Assembly: GCA_043228905.1 (NCBI GenBank)
Contig: JBHGNT010000003.1
Coordinates: 22,878,001 to 22,942,000 of the forward strand
Direction: 5' to 3'
DNA length: 64,000 nt
Source: Azolla caroliniana
Taxonomy: Eukaryota > Plantae > Polypodiophyta
The notes beneath the pieces were generated by a model. The model saw nothing but the letters and a program-made list of their open reading frames with translations, had not been told where the DNA came from and searched no databases. This document shows positions 51,400-63,846 of the stretch, piece by piece; position 1 is the first letter of the stretch; every line of letters begins with the position of its first letter. The translations under genes and the position numbers were made by a program.

Positions 51400-54300
51400 A
51401 TGAGTACGCACGCCGACAACAAGATGCTGTACACGGAGGGAGATAGGCCCCGTGGTCGTGGAGGACGAGGCAGATCTACGCATAATGGAGGCAACCGAAA
51501 AGAGTAGAATGGATAGCATAATCGAAATTTCGGGAACAATTCCGAACCCTTCGGAAGTAGGGGGAGTCATGGCGGCGCCAAAAGCTGGCAAGAGAAGGCC
51601 GCGAAAGAATGCTGGTATTGTGGCAAGAAAGGCCACAAGGAGAGCGAGTGTTGGATAAAGAAAGCCGATTTGGACAAAGCCGGATCGAGCGGAAGAGACG
51701 CAAGAAGGCGTCAAAAGTCGCACTACGCCGAGGACTCTGAATGAGCTGGAAATGGATCGGGCCCTGCCTTCGTAATGAAGTACAAGGCCAATTCAATGGC
51801 CGTGAACACCTCAAAATCAAGCGAGGTGTGGTATGTTGATTCCGGAGCGTCAAATCATATGACGAGTCACAAGGAATGGTTCTCATACTTGGAGAAGCCG
51901 GAAAAGCAAGAGGTAGTCGAAACGGGAGATGACGCCCCGCATACCATTGAACATGTCGGTGAAGTTCCCCTCAACCATGTTGGGCAGAAAGGGAAAGTCT
52001 TGAATGTGCTACACGTCCTGACAATAACAAAGAACTTGGTGTCAGTCGGTCAAATCGTTGACCAAGGGATTCAGGTTCGATTCACACATTTAGGGTGCTT
52101 CATAGAATTGGAGGGCACAGTAATCGTGCAAGGGCGCCGTGAAGGGAGGATGTTTATCCTCCAAAACAACAATGTGGGCACCGGTATGTTTGCGAAAGGG
52201 CAGAAGGTCGAGTTGGACATCGACCTGTGGCATAAGCGGTTCGGCCATATTAACTTCCCGCGGCTTCGTGAAATGCAGACGAAGAACATTGTGTTCGGCT
52301 TGCTGAAATTTCGAGGCCGGAATGGCCAAGTCTACAAAACCTGCTAGATGGGAAAACAACACCAACTTCCATTCCCCAACGAGCGTAATCGTAGTAGAAT
52401 CCATTGGATTTGATCCATTCGGATGTGTGGGGTCCGGCACAGAACGTGAGTCTCGGTGGAAGCTGTTACTTTGTAACCTTCATTGACGACTTCACTCGGC
52501 ACACATGGGTATGCACGATCACGAAGAAGAGCGAAGTCTTCGCATGTTTCCTGAAGGTGAAGAGCCTTGCGGAAAGGGAAACATGGCATAAGATCAGATG
52601 CCTATGGTCTGATGCCGGGAAAGAGTACTTCTCCAACCAGTTCACAAGCTATCTACAGAAGGAGGGAATTCAACGCGAATTCTTGTGTAGATACATGCCA
52701 CAACAGAACAACGTGGCCGAGCGGAAGAATCGGACAATCGAAGAAGCGGCCAGGGCAATCTTGAAGAGAAGCATATGCTGAAATTCTATTGGGCTGAAGT
52801 CGTGAGGACGGTTGTCTACCTGTAGAGTCGGACTTCTGCTAATGGAGGAGTGTCGCCACATGAATTGTATTTCGGGAAGAAGCCAAACTTGGCACACTTG
52901 AGGATTTTCGGTAGCATTGCATATGTGCATGTGCCGAAGGAAAAGAGGAGGAAGTTGGACACCAAAGCCGAAAAGTGCATCTTAGTCGGCTATTCAAATG
53001 AGCAAAAGGGGTATAAGTGTTATCACCCCTAAACAAAGGAAGTACGCATAAGTCGAGATGTCGTGTTCGACGAGTCTGCTTCGTGGTACTTGCCTTCCCC
53101 TCCAGTACCTCATGAATCCATTCCGAATTCTGAAGAAGAAGTCAGCGAGGCTAAGATGCTTCCGCATGATGAGGACATCAAAGCTCAGAGAGAGAGTCCG
53201 ATCTCATTTTGACTGAGTGGGCCGAATGAGGGTTTGGACCGAAATGGCCAACCAAATGAAGAGACGGCAAGTAGTGAAGACTCAACCGTGATGTCCCCGC
53301 GTAAAGAATCGAGGAGACGGTTTACGCGCAAGGAGAAAGGGAAGAAAAAGATGTCGGAGTACGATTTCGACAATGCTGAGTCAGATCGGAGCGAGTTTGA
53401 CTACGGGCAATTTGAAACGGAACCTCCATGGAAGAGGTCGACATTAGCTGAAAAGGTCGTGAAATCGGGTAATCACGAATTACGCCGATCTACTTGCCTA
53501 AAGAACCCCATAAAGAGATTCGGGTATAATGAGTACATGCTGCACCGTTACGCGTACATGACACGAGTGGCGGAAGTGCGTGATTCGGAGAGCTACGCAG
53601 AAGCGGCGAAAGACGCAAACTGGCGTGCCGCGATGGAGGAAGAGATGTACTCTTTGACTAATAATGAGACTTGGGACCTGGTTGACACACCGAAGGGTAT
53701 AAAGCCGATCGGATGTAGGTGGGTGTCTAACGTGAAATACAACACTGATGGCTTAGTCAATCGATACAAGGCCCGTTTAGTTGCGAAAGGCTACGTGCAA
53801 AAGCACGGCGTGGACTACGATGAGACCTTTGCGCCTGTTGCGAAGATGACTACCGTGCGTATTCGGCTAGCCGTAGCTGCGGCAAAGGGGTGGCACTTAG
53901 ATCAGATGGATGTAAAGAACGTGTTCCTACAAGGTGATCTTGAGGAACATGTGTACATGGTACAACCTCCCGGATTTCTATCCGAAGAAAACACCTCGGC
54001 AATTTGCCGACTGAAGAAGTCACTCTACGGACTTAAGCAATCCATGTGAACCTGGAATGCGAAGGTTAAGCAACAGTTGCGTAGGATGGGGTTTACGACG
54101 TCGAAATCAGACTCTTCACTATTTGTTCGGCAAGGTCAATATGGACCGGTAAGTCTTCTACTTTTATGTTGATGATTTAGTCATCGCCGGTGCCAACCTG
54201 AACGAAATCCGTCGCATAAAGTCTCAACTTGCGATATCATTCGAAATGAAGGATCTTGGAGACCTTCACTACTTCCTCGGGATATAAGTGATCCGCACCC

Positions 54301-55886
54301 CCAAAGGCATATTGATCAGCTAACGTCATTACGTGCTGAATATGCTCTTCAAGTTCGGGATGGCAGACTGTAAGCCCATCTCGACCCCTCTTGATCGGAA
54401 CGCAAAGCTTCGTTGAGAGTTGGGAAAGGCATGCTGTCCGGCACGGTTCCGACAGATTGTCAAAAGCCTCATCTATTTGACAATCACCAGGCCATACCTC
54501 AGTTACCCAGTCGGACTGATCATTCAATTCATGTCGCAGCCTACAGTCGAACACTTTCAGTGCGTGCAAAGGATATTACGATAAGTCAGTAGCACTAAAG
54601 ACATGGCGTTGCTATATCAAGCAGGTGTAACCGAACAATTAGTCGGTTACACGGATGTCGATTGGGCCGGAAATGCCCACGATCGAAGATCCACGTCTGG
54701 ATACGCCTTCTCATTAGGAAGTGCGACGATCGCGTGGAGCAGTAAGAAGCAACCGACAATAGCATTGTCGAGCACGGAGGCCAAATATCGAGGGGCAACT
54801 GTCGCTACGTGCGAAGTCATTTGGCTGAAGCGGCTATTACAGGATTTGTATGTGGAGGTGTCCGATCCGACGACGATCTATTGCGACAACCTCAACAATG
54901 TCCACCTTGCGAAAAACCCCGTATTTCATGCTCGGACCAAGCACATTGAGATGCACTATCACTTTGTCCGCGAGCGGGTCCTTTTAGGTGAAGTTGAACT
55001 GGTGTATGTTCCAACGGATCGGCAGGTTGCCGACATCTTCACCAAGACCCTTGGTTTCAACAAGTTACGACATTTCTAGGGTGATCTTGGGTTGCGTCAC
55101 CTCGACATGCCGAACTTGAGGGGGAGAAAGGAAGAACAGGAACAAGAGCGTGGAAGGAGCGGAATTGACCGCGACGTGGAGTCAGATGAAGAATTCCATT
55201 TCGGGCCGGTTGAAAAAGCCGAAGACGGAAGCAAGGGCCGTAATCTTAGGGAAGAGCCGAAGACAGCTGAATAAGGAGTAAGTAAGGCCAAGATCAAAAC
55301 GTGGTCCGACATTGTCAAAGGCCTGAAGACAGAAGAAGAATTGGAGACAACCAATTCAGATGAGAGTGGAATTGAATTGGAAGAGTTCGGTTCAATCGGA
55401 ATGTTCGATTCGGACATCATGAATCGACTAAGGGCCAAGCAGAGAAAAGGGCAACGGAAGAGGAGCCAACACCACGACAACGAAGGAGCTGAGAAGGGCC
55501 AAACGAGCAGACAAGCCGACCGAAAGGGTCGAGGAGCGCTAATAAGGCGTGAAGCTAGAAGAGGCCGGAGCGAAGATCCGGAAGAGTAGGTGGAACCTTA
55601 AGTTAAGCTTGAGGGGGAGTGTTGAGTGACAAGCTCAACATTATGTGTGCAATCGGGTGCGTAAAACAGTTACACACAACATGGCCGTAACGGTGCGGAC
55701 ACTGAGAGGCCGTAAGTATGGTATTCCTCATAAGGAATAATTTTGGAGTTAGTGTAGTAGGCTCATTTATGAGCAGTCAAGTACTGTCAGTACTTGTGTC
55801 GGCCCGATTTAAGGGCGTGTATAAGAAGTGCTCACTGAGCACGAAATATGTACAAAGCGTTATTATTTTTGAAATAGAACAGAGTT
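51400..55886 (+). mobile_element. Decayed Ty1/Copia, 5'-truncated. PPT 55611-55619, 3' LTR starting at 55620 (end uncertain, possibly about 56079).
   Basis: Knuckle ECWYCGKKGHKESEC (about 51607), [79 protein letters not shown]. Many stops and frameshifts. PPT/LTR junction gagggggag|TGTTGAG. Confidence 0.93.
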
Positions 55887-55934
55887 GTCTCATGGGCCAA
55901 TTTTGGCCTTAGAAGACGTTAATATATCTTTCTT

Positions 55935-56000
<66 letters not shown>

Positions 56001-56381
56001 TCCATCTCTGTGTTTTCTGTGTTTTACCGAACTGTCGTTTTCCGAACTGTGTACTTTGTGTTTCACATACGCTTCCACACAAATATTCTTTTACAAAGAC
56101 TTAAGACAAATGGAGAAATCCTAAAACTAAAAAAAAAACCTCTAAAATTGTCAAAGACCTATCCTATTTTTATAGATAAAAGGTAGCACTAACCAAATTT
56201 TATGCTCACCCATTTTCTTTATAAAAAGCATCCCTTGACATAGCAACTTTAGTCTCTAAGTATGTTGACCTCATTCGACACAATTTATAACCTTACCATT
56301 TCAATATTCACATTAAGCAAAAGAAGATGAAGAAAGAAAGATATATTAACATCTTTTAAGAGGCCAAATGGCCTATAAGAC
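55887..56381. repeat. Imperfect inverted repeat of about 50 bp (55887-55935 and 56331-56381) enclosing a (CT)n tract
   Basis: gtctcatgggccaattttggccttagaagacgttaatatatctttctttct pairs with agaaagaaagatatattaacatcttttaagaggccaaatggcctataagac. The left arm also occurs at about 15882. Confidence 0.65.
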
Positions 56382-58100
56382 CAAATAAGAGATTACATCT
56401 TGAGTGTTGTCTCGTCTTTGAGAGAAGAAAAATAGAAAAACCTTAAAACTCAAAAAATACGACTTCCAAAATCGCAAACCCCTTCCTTGACACATCAACT
56501 AAGGCTTGATTTGTACACCTCATTCTACATAATTTGTGACCTTATTACCATTTCAATATTTGCATATTATTATTGTTGTTATTATTTTCTTCATATAGAA
56601 TTATGTATATTTATGTGGTTGTCCCCTTTTCCTTTCGCCTTTGGACATGTTACATCATGACATTCCACTACTACAACAATTGATCCTACTTTTGAGATCA
56701 TTACCATTGTGTTATTATTATTGAACCAATAAATCATTAGGGAATGGGTTAATGGTTTGGTTTGGTTTGAGCCGAACTAGGGCCCATAGGTAGCCACAAA
56801 TATGGAGCTTGGTCGAGTAATTCTTGCATTGAATAATAATGCCACAAACATCAACATTATTGCATGGGCAAGTAATATTCATCTGGTGCATTACTAGATG
56901 TCGGAAATATTAAATTTTTAATATCGAAATTTTCAAGTTCAGTAATTTAATTATTTTGGTTGTTTAAATGTACCAACTAGTAAAATTTTCACACTTCATT
57001 TATGTTGCAATTTTCTAGTAATGAAATGATTGATAATAAGGAAGTCCATTCTAAAACAAAAATCCAGCAAAATCGTATGTGACTTTAAACTATTGATGAA
57101 AATGTTATTACTAATTTTGAAAGTGGTTCAATCTGTAGTAGTGAATGTACAAGCACTTATTAAAGACCAAAAGAAAGCCATGAAGATATTGATAGAATTC
57201 TAAATATACAGATTCGAGTGAATAAACATTTCAATATTGAGATTCAAACACATTTTGATGCTACAAACTTTGAACAATATTCCATACAACTCATTTCAAT
57301 GAGTTTGTGATAATACAAATGTTTTGTGAAAATAATATATCTATGATGCATGAAGGCAAACCTATTTATATTGAAACTATATGGACACCAATGTTCATAA
57401 GCTTCTCAAGGGTATGCACACATGGAAACATGAAATTGTTTGTATGACACATATACGAAGAATGACACTTGTACACATCAACCCTACTCTCAAACAATAC
57501 GCGAGTGTGGGACTATTTAACAATAATATCCTAGAAAAAAGACCTTCATAGGAGAGAATGTCAAAATTACTCATTATGAGTATATAAAAGAAGAGACATG
57601 TTGAAGGAGTGTAATACTAGTTGTAACTTGTAGTAATGCAGGATTGCAAGGTTATATTGTAAAATCTCAATTTTGAGGCCCTAAATTCTTTAGATGTCAC
57701 ATTCATAGCTCATCCATAATTGCACATGTAATCCATAAGATAGGATTTCTATCCCTACCTGATCTCACATAGACCAATGCCAATATTGGAATGTTATCAT
57801 CGATAGTTTTATCTTGTATGTAATCATTTGTTTATTTCCATTCTTTCTATGTTGTTCCTTCTCATCACATCTTTGAAGGGTTGGGTTACACAATGGCTCC
57901 AAGCCACCTCTTATCCTCCTCCTCTTTCCCCTATTTGTAACATGTGTCATCATCTGATTTCACCCTTTCATCAATCTATTGTCCATTCTCTTGTGATCCT
58001 TTTCGTGCCTACTTTTAGCTCTTGGGTGATACCTAGGTTCCTTATCACCTCCAAATTTTGTTCATCTAATAGTAAACTCTCATCCTTGAGTAATTCTCTC

Positions 58101-60718
58101 TCACCCCCATCCTAAACGTCATCCTTGTCCCTTAATCCAATCCTCACATCCACTCATCATTCTCTTTGTTATCACCCTTTTATCTGACCTATTGCCCTCT
58201 TCATCCAATTAGCCACTCATCTCGCTTTCAGATGTTCGTGGGATATGACATCAAGAAACGATAAAGATCTATATAAGACAATACAACTCATGCATGAATT
58301 TTTACGTGCATTTATCTTCACCATAAAATAAAATTATGCTACAAGATTGGCTTCAAACTAGAAATTAAGCATCAATGTTTATTTAAAATGGAAAACAACC
58401 ACCCTTTTATTGAATTTCTAGGATGAAGTTTGCAAAGAGAGGTACAAAGCACAAATAGAAATTGTATTTAAAATCATGGTAGTTATTAATGAACCGTTAT
58501 TTGCCATGATCTCATATGACTTGCAATCAACCCTTTATTTGAAGAAACGTTGTAACTATAAACCAATTACGAGTGGTACTAATCTCAAAGCCATTTCCTA
58601 TAGAAACATAACAAGGACATGGATTATTAGATGTAAACAATGTATAGAAAACGTGAAAGAGAGTAGATAATGTAGCTTATGACAATGATTTTATTTTATT
58701 TTCCAAAAACACAGGACAATGAAATTAACTTGTGAAGCATATTGTGGTGTGCACACATTTCACAATATGTATATAAATTTTGTCAGTGGTCACATATGCA
58801 CATATATGTTGTTCCATAGATATGAAATTAACTTGTGAAGCATATTATTGAGTTGTTTGCCCATATTTGTTCATGAAATACATACCCATATTATTGAGTT
58901 GTTTGCCTCATTGCCTTCTAAATGATGTGCCCAATGAAACAAGATAGCCCAATTATTCAAGGCTCTCTGTGACACTCTTTCTCTTGCTTTCTTGATTAAG
59001 AATAGATGTATTGACATCGAATCTTTTATTATCTGTGGAAAAACAATTAAAACATGTAAATCATGTCTGTTATATCTTTATGTCAGCATAAAAATAACAT
59101 ACTTGCATATATGTCCATAAGCCTTTTGGCACAACTTATTTTTAGGGGTATCTAATAGAAGGAGATTGAATTGGTACAACTTTGTGACAACTTGTCCAAC
59201 TTATGTGAGATGGAGATAGAGAGTGATTGTGTCCATCAATGCATCAACTATATGGAGGTCAATTGTGTTCATATCATTGTAGCTTATGGCTTTCAACCTT
59301 ATCTTACAAGAGGCCAATGTAGTGCATTGCATACAAATAGTGTGTTCTATTGTAACCAAGAACCCTATGCATGTAACTATGTTTTACATCATTTGCCCAG
59401 AAAATCATATGAGTTTAATGATAATGATTTTAGATATATAATGAGCATAGGGAGCATACCTCAAATTTGGTGTCCCAACTAATCTGATTTACAATCGATA
59501 AAGCAAAGTATATAATGTGAAATATTTTTCAATATGTCTTTATATTAGTTCGATTCTCAAGAGTGAGCTTTACAATTTTCTAAATGATCTAATATGATGT
59601 TTCCTAATAATCTACCAAAATTCTTAGTTGAAATTTGAAGGGATTGTACCAAAGGTTGGTCTTGCATAACATGTCACAAATGAAACAACTCATATTTAAA
59701 TATATCTACAACTTATTTAATATAGAATCGCCCCACAAACAAGAATATGGTGCTTCAAGTAAATATATTTTGTAATAACTTTTTAGTTAAAAGTAGTTTA
59801 TTACTGTGCCATACCGGTTTTTCCCTGGCAAACTCATAGTTTGGTCCCAATGCTTCGACCAAGGAATCTAAGTTTTTGAGCAGCATTTCATTAGGGAAAC
59901 GATCTTTGGCATAGTCAAAGTCTTCAGTGCAATCAAAGAGGAAAAAAATGTGGTGCTTAAGATGGGGTGACATTCCCAAAGTTAGCAAATGGGTCGTTTT
60001 TGTGGTGATGTCATCCATTTGGGTGTAGGAGATGAGTTGTTTTCTTTCATCTAGATTCTTCTTGACATTGTAAAGCATTCGACTAATCGCGAACCCAAAA
60101 TTCATAAGATGTTTTGGATTAGATGCTAAATGAAATCTTGGCTCTTGAGTTGTTAGGGAGTTGCTAGGGTTGTCATCCTCCTCACGCATTCTATTCATAT
60201 CTTCTACTTGTGATAGTTGACGTTGTTGATGCGCCCAACTTGGGAAATGAAGAAGTTGTTGATATGCTATATAATTCATATAAATCCCTTAAAGCACATA
60301 TTAGGGGATTGACTCTGTATGATCAGAAAAGGAAGCATGCATCACATTTTTTATTAGTAATATTTACTTCCATTATTCATAATGCCCTTCATCCTCCTCC
60401 CTTGACCTCTTCGACAACTCATTTCCTAAGCATTCGAAATATGTCTTACATTTTTTAATCAATATTGCCTAGTTTAAAAAGGTCCTCAATCCATTCATTA
60501 TCATGTGAATCAATAAAAAAAAATTCAAGTATGATCATCATAACAATAATAATGGGCTTTTTTTTGTTGATGGCGTCTACATGGCTTGATCTTATTCGAG
60601 TAGAATTTATAATAAACTTAGCCCCCATCTCTAAGGTTTTTATTTAAATGCCTTTAGGTTTATCAATTCATATCAATATTTCCTATTTTGAAGAGGTCAT
60701 TATTCTATTTATTATCAT
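58101..60718 (+). repeat. Segmental duplicate of about 15941-18710
   Basis: Colinear similarity from ccccatcctaaa.gtcatcc to ttctatttattatcat. The TATG microsatellite region is absent in this copy. Confidence 0.92.
59755..60279 (-). other. Orphan ORF family, copy 2 (174 aa, the longest)
   Basis: Paralog of 17815-18216 and 62433-62819. Confidence 0.4.
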
Positions 60719-61122
60719 ATTAAGGGGTTTGGCTTTTTATAGTCAGAAAAGGAGGCATGCATCACATTTTCTATTAGTAATATTTACAACATGTTGGCGC
60801 TCACAAGTGGAAGGATCGCGCATTCCACTTGTAGAATCTTCTTTTCCGACATGGACAGTCATGGCAACAATTCTACGAGCGTGTTATGTTAAGGTAAAGT
60901 TTGACTAAAATCAGCCTTAATTTAAACTAATTCATGTTTCTCCATATTGGTAGTCAGTAATGCACGTGATGAAACCAATGTCATAAGTCTACTAACCAAG
61001 TATATAGAAATAGAATTGAAACATATAGAAGATTATAAAGAATAGAATACACCAAGTAAAACCCAAAATTTGTATTAGTAATGTGAATTTCAAACAATAC
61101 ATTTTGTGAACAAAAGAGTCTA

Positions 61123-61629
61123 TTACATAGCAAGCAAATCGTCAATGTCCTTTTCTTCTTCATCCTTTATAGAAGTCTCTTCGGCTATACGAGCATTGTC
61201 TTTCCCTGTTAGCAAAACCAACGAAATATCTTCTATAAGCTCATCATCAAGCTCTATTAGCTCCCCCGGTTCCCCGGCTAACGGAGGAATAGGATCTCGT
61301 GAAGCAGGTTGAAACTTTTCGGTATCAGCGAGGTTCTTTGCACGGACCTCCTCGTCCTCGTCTGGGCGCTCCCACAAAGCCTTAATCCTCATGTTTATAA
61401 ATATAACTCCAATGCAAATGTGTTTCTAAAGAGCTTCAATGCACATGCAGACGTCGTCTCTGTGAAGAAAGTAACAAGAAGAATTAGTTTTCTAACCAAA
61501 AAGATTCAGTATTGGTTATCTCAAGATCGTTAACCTAGTTCGACGAATACCTATGCCAGAAAAGAGGTCTAATATCCAATCTCCTTCTACAGAAAACATC
61601 TCGATCCAGTGCATCATAATTCGTTGAGG
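61123..61629 (-). pseudogene. C-terminal fragment of an amino (N4-C/N6-A) DNA methyltransferase of the N6_N4_Mtase type. Exons 61629-61551 and 61459-61123.
   Basis: Spliced translation PQRIMMHWIEMFSVEGDWILDLFSGI[E]TTSACALKLFRNTFALE matches the beta-class consensus (K)PxxLxxxxIxxxSxxGDxVLDPFxGSGTTxxAAxxLxRxxxGxE across a 91-nt GT..AG intron. A frameshift then leads into VIFINMRIKALW and an acidic tail. The catalytic motif IV is not present in the window. Confidence 0.78.
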
Positions 61630-63846
61630 AAAAACAATTAAAACATTGAATCTTTCTTTATCTATGGAAAAATAATTAAAACATGTAAATCATATCTGTT
61701 ATATCTTTATGTGAGCATAAAAATAACTTGCTTGCAAGCATTTTGGCACAACTTATTTTTAGGGGTATCTAATAGAAGGAGATTGAATTGGTACAACTTT
61801 GTGATAACTTGTCCAACTTATGTGAGAGGGAGATAGACAATGATTGTGTACATTGATGCATCAACTATAGGGAGGTCAATTGTGTTCATATCATTGTAGC
61901 TTATGGCTTCCAAACCTATCTTACAAGAGGTCAATATAGTGCATTGCATTCAAATAGTGTGTTCTATTGTAGCCAAGAACCTATGCATGTAACTATGTTT
62001 TACATCATTTGCCCAGAAAATCATATGAGTTTAATGATAATGATTCTAGATATATAATGAGCATGGGGAGCATACCTCAAATTTGGTGTCCCAACTAATA
62101 TGATTTACAATCAACAAATCAAAGTATATAGTGCAAGAGGCCAATATAGTGCATTGCATACAAATAGTGTGTTCTATTGTAACCAAAAACCTATGCATGT
62201 AACTATGTTTTACTTCATTTGCCTAGAAAATCATATGAGTTTAATGATAATGTTTCTAGATATATAATGAGCATAGGGTGCATACCTCAAATTTGATGTC
62301 CCCACTAATCTGATTTACAATCGACAAAGCAAAGTATATAATGTAAAGTATTTTTCAATACGTTGTCATAAAGATTAAATTGGCAATAGTGTGAAACTTG
62401 TAAGGAACATACGAATTCGAGTGTGGTTCTTCTCATGAAATATAAAACAATAATAGTGAAGATACTATTTTAATTAAGTTTAATATCTTGGTACAAAAGG
62501 ATGGAGGTAGTTTATTACTATGCCATACCCGTTTTTCCATGGCAAACTCATAGTTTGGTCCCAATGCTTCGATCAAGGAATCTAAGTTTTTGAGCATGGC
62601 TTCATTAGGAAAACAGTCATTGTCATAGTGAAAGTCTTCAGCGCAATCAAAGAGGAAAAACATGTGGTGCTTACAATGGGGCGACATTCCTAGAGTTAGC
62701 AAATGGGTCGCTTTTGTGGTGATGTCATTCATTTGAGTGTAGGAGATCAACAATTTTCTTTCATCCGGATTCTTCTTGCCATTGTAAAGCATTCGACTAA
62801 TCACGAACCCAAAAGTCATGAGTTGTTTTGGATTAGATACTAAATGAAATCTTGGCTCCTGAGTTGTCAGGGAGTTGCTAGGTTGTCATCTTCCTCACAT
62901 TTTCTATTCATATCTTCTACTTGTGATAGTTGACGTTGTTGATGTGCCCAACCTGAGAAATGAAGAAGAAGTTGTTGATATGCTATATAGTTCATATAAA
63001 TCCCTTAAAGCACATATTAGGGGATTGACTCTTTATAATCGGAAAAGGAGGCATGCATCACATTTTCTATTAGTAATATTTACTCCCATTATTTATAGTG
63101 CCCTTCATCCTCCTCCATTGACCTCTTCGACAACTCATTTCCTAAGTATTCGAAATATGTCTTACATTTTTTAACCAATATGGCCTAGTTTAAAAAGGTC
63201 CTCAATCTATTCATTATCATGTGAAGCAATAAAAAAAATTCAAGTATGATCATCATAACAATAATAATGGGTTTTTTTTGTTGTTGTTGGCATCTACATG
63301 GCTTGATCTTATTCGAGTAGAATTTATAATAAACTTAGCCCACATCTGTAAGGTTTTTATTTAAATGCCTTTAGGTTTATCAATTCATATCAATATTTCC
63401 TACTTTGAAGAGGTCATTATTTTATTTATTATCATTTTAAGGGGTTTGGCTTTTTATAGTCGGAAAAGGAGGCATGGATCACATTTTCTATTAGTAATAT
63501 TTACAACACGTTGGCGCTCACAAGAGGAAGGATCGCGCATTCCACTTGTAGAATCTTCTTTTCCGACATGGACAATCATGGCAACAATTCTACGAGCATG
63601 TTATGTTAAGGTAAAGTTTGACTAAAATCAGCCTTAATTTAAACTAATTCATGTTTCTCCATATTGGTAGTCAGTAATGTACTTGGTGAATCCAATGTCA
63701 TAAGTTTACTAACCAAGTATATAGAAATAGAATTGAAACATATAGAAGATTATAAAGAATAGAATATACCAAGTAAAACCCAAAATAGAATTGAAACATA
63801 TAGAAGATTATAAAGAATAGAATATACCAAGTAAAACCCAAAATTT
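61630..63846 (+). repeat. Tandem duplicate of about 59020-61070 with internal rearrangements
   Basis: Colinear similarity. Contains a 210-bp internal duplication (61924/62134), a replaced segment at about 62365-62508, and a duplication of about 58 bp at 63725-63845. Confidence 0.9.
62433..62819 (-). other. Orphan ORF family, copy 3 (128 aa; a 1-bp deletion upstream and a replaced C-terminus)
   Basis: Paralog of copies 1 and 2. Confidence 0.3.
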
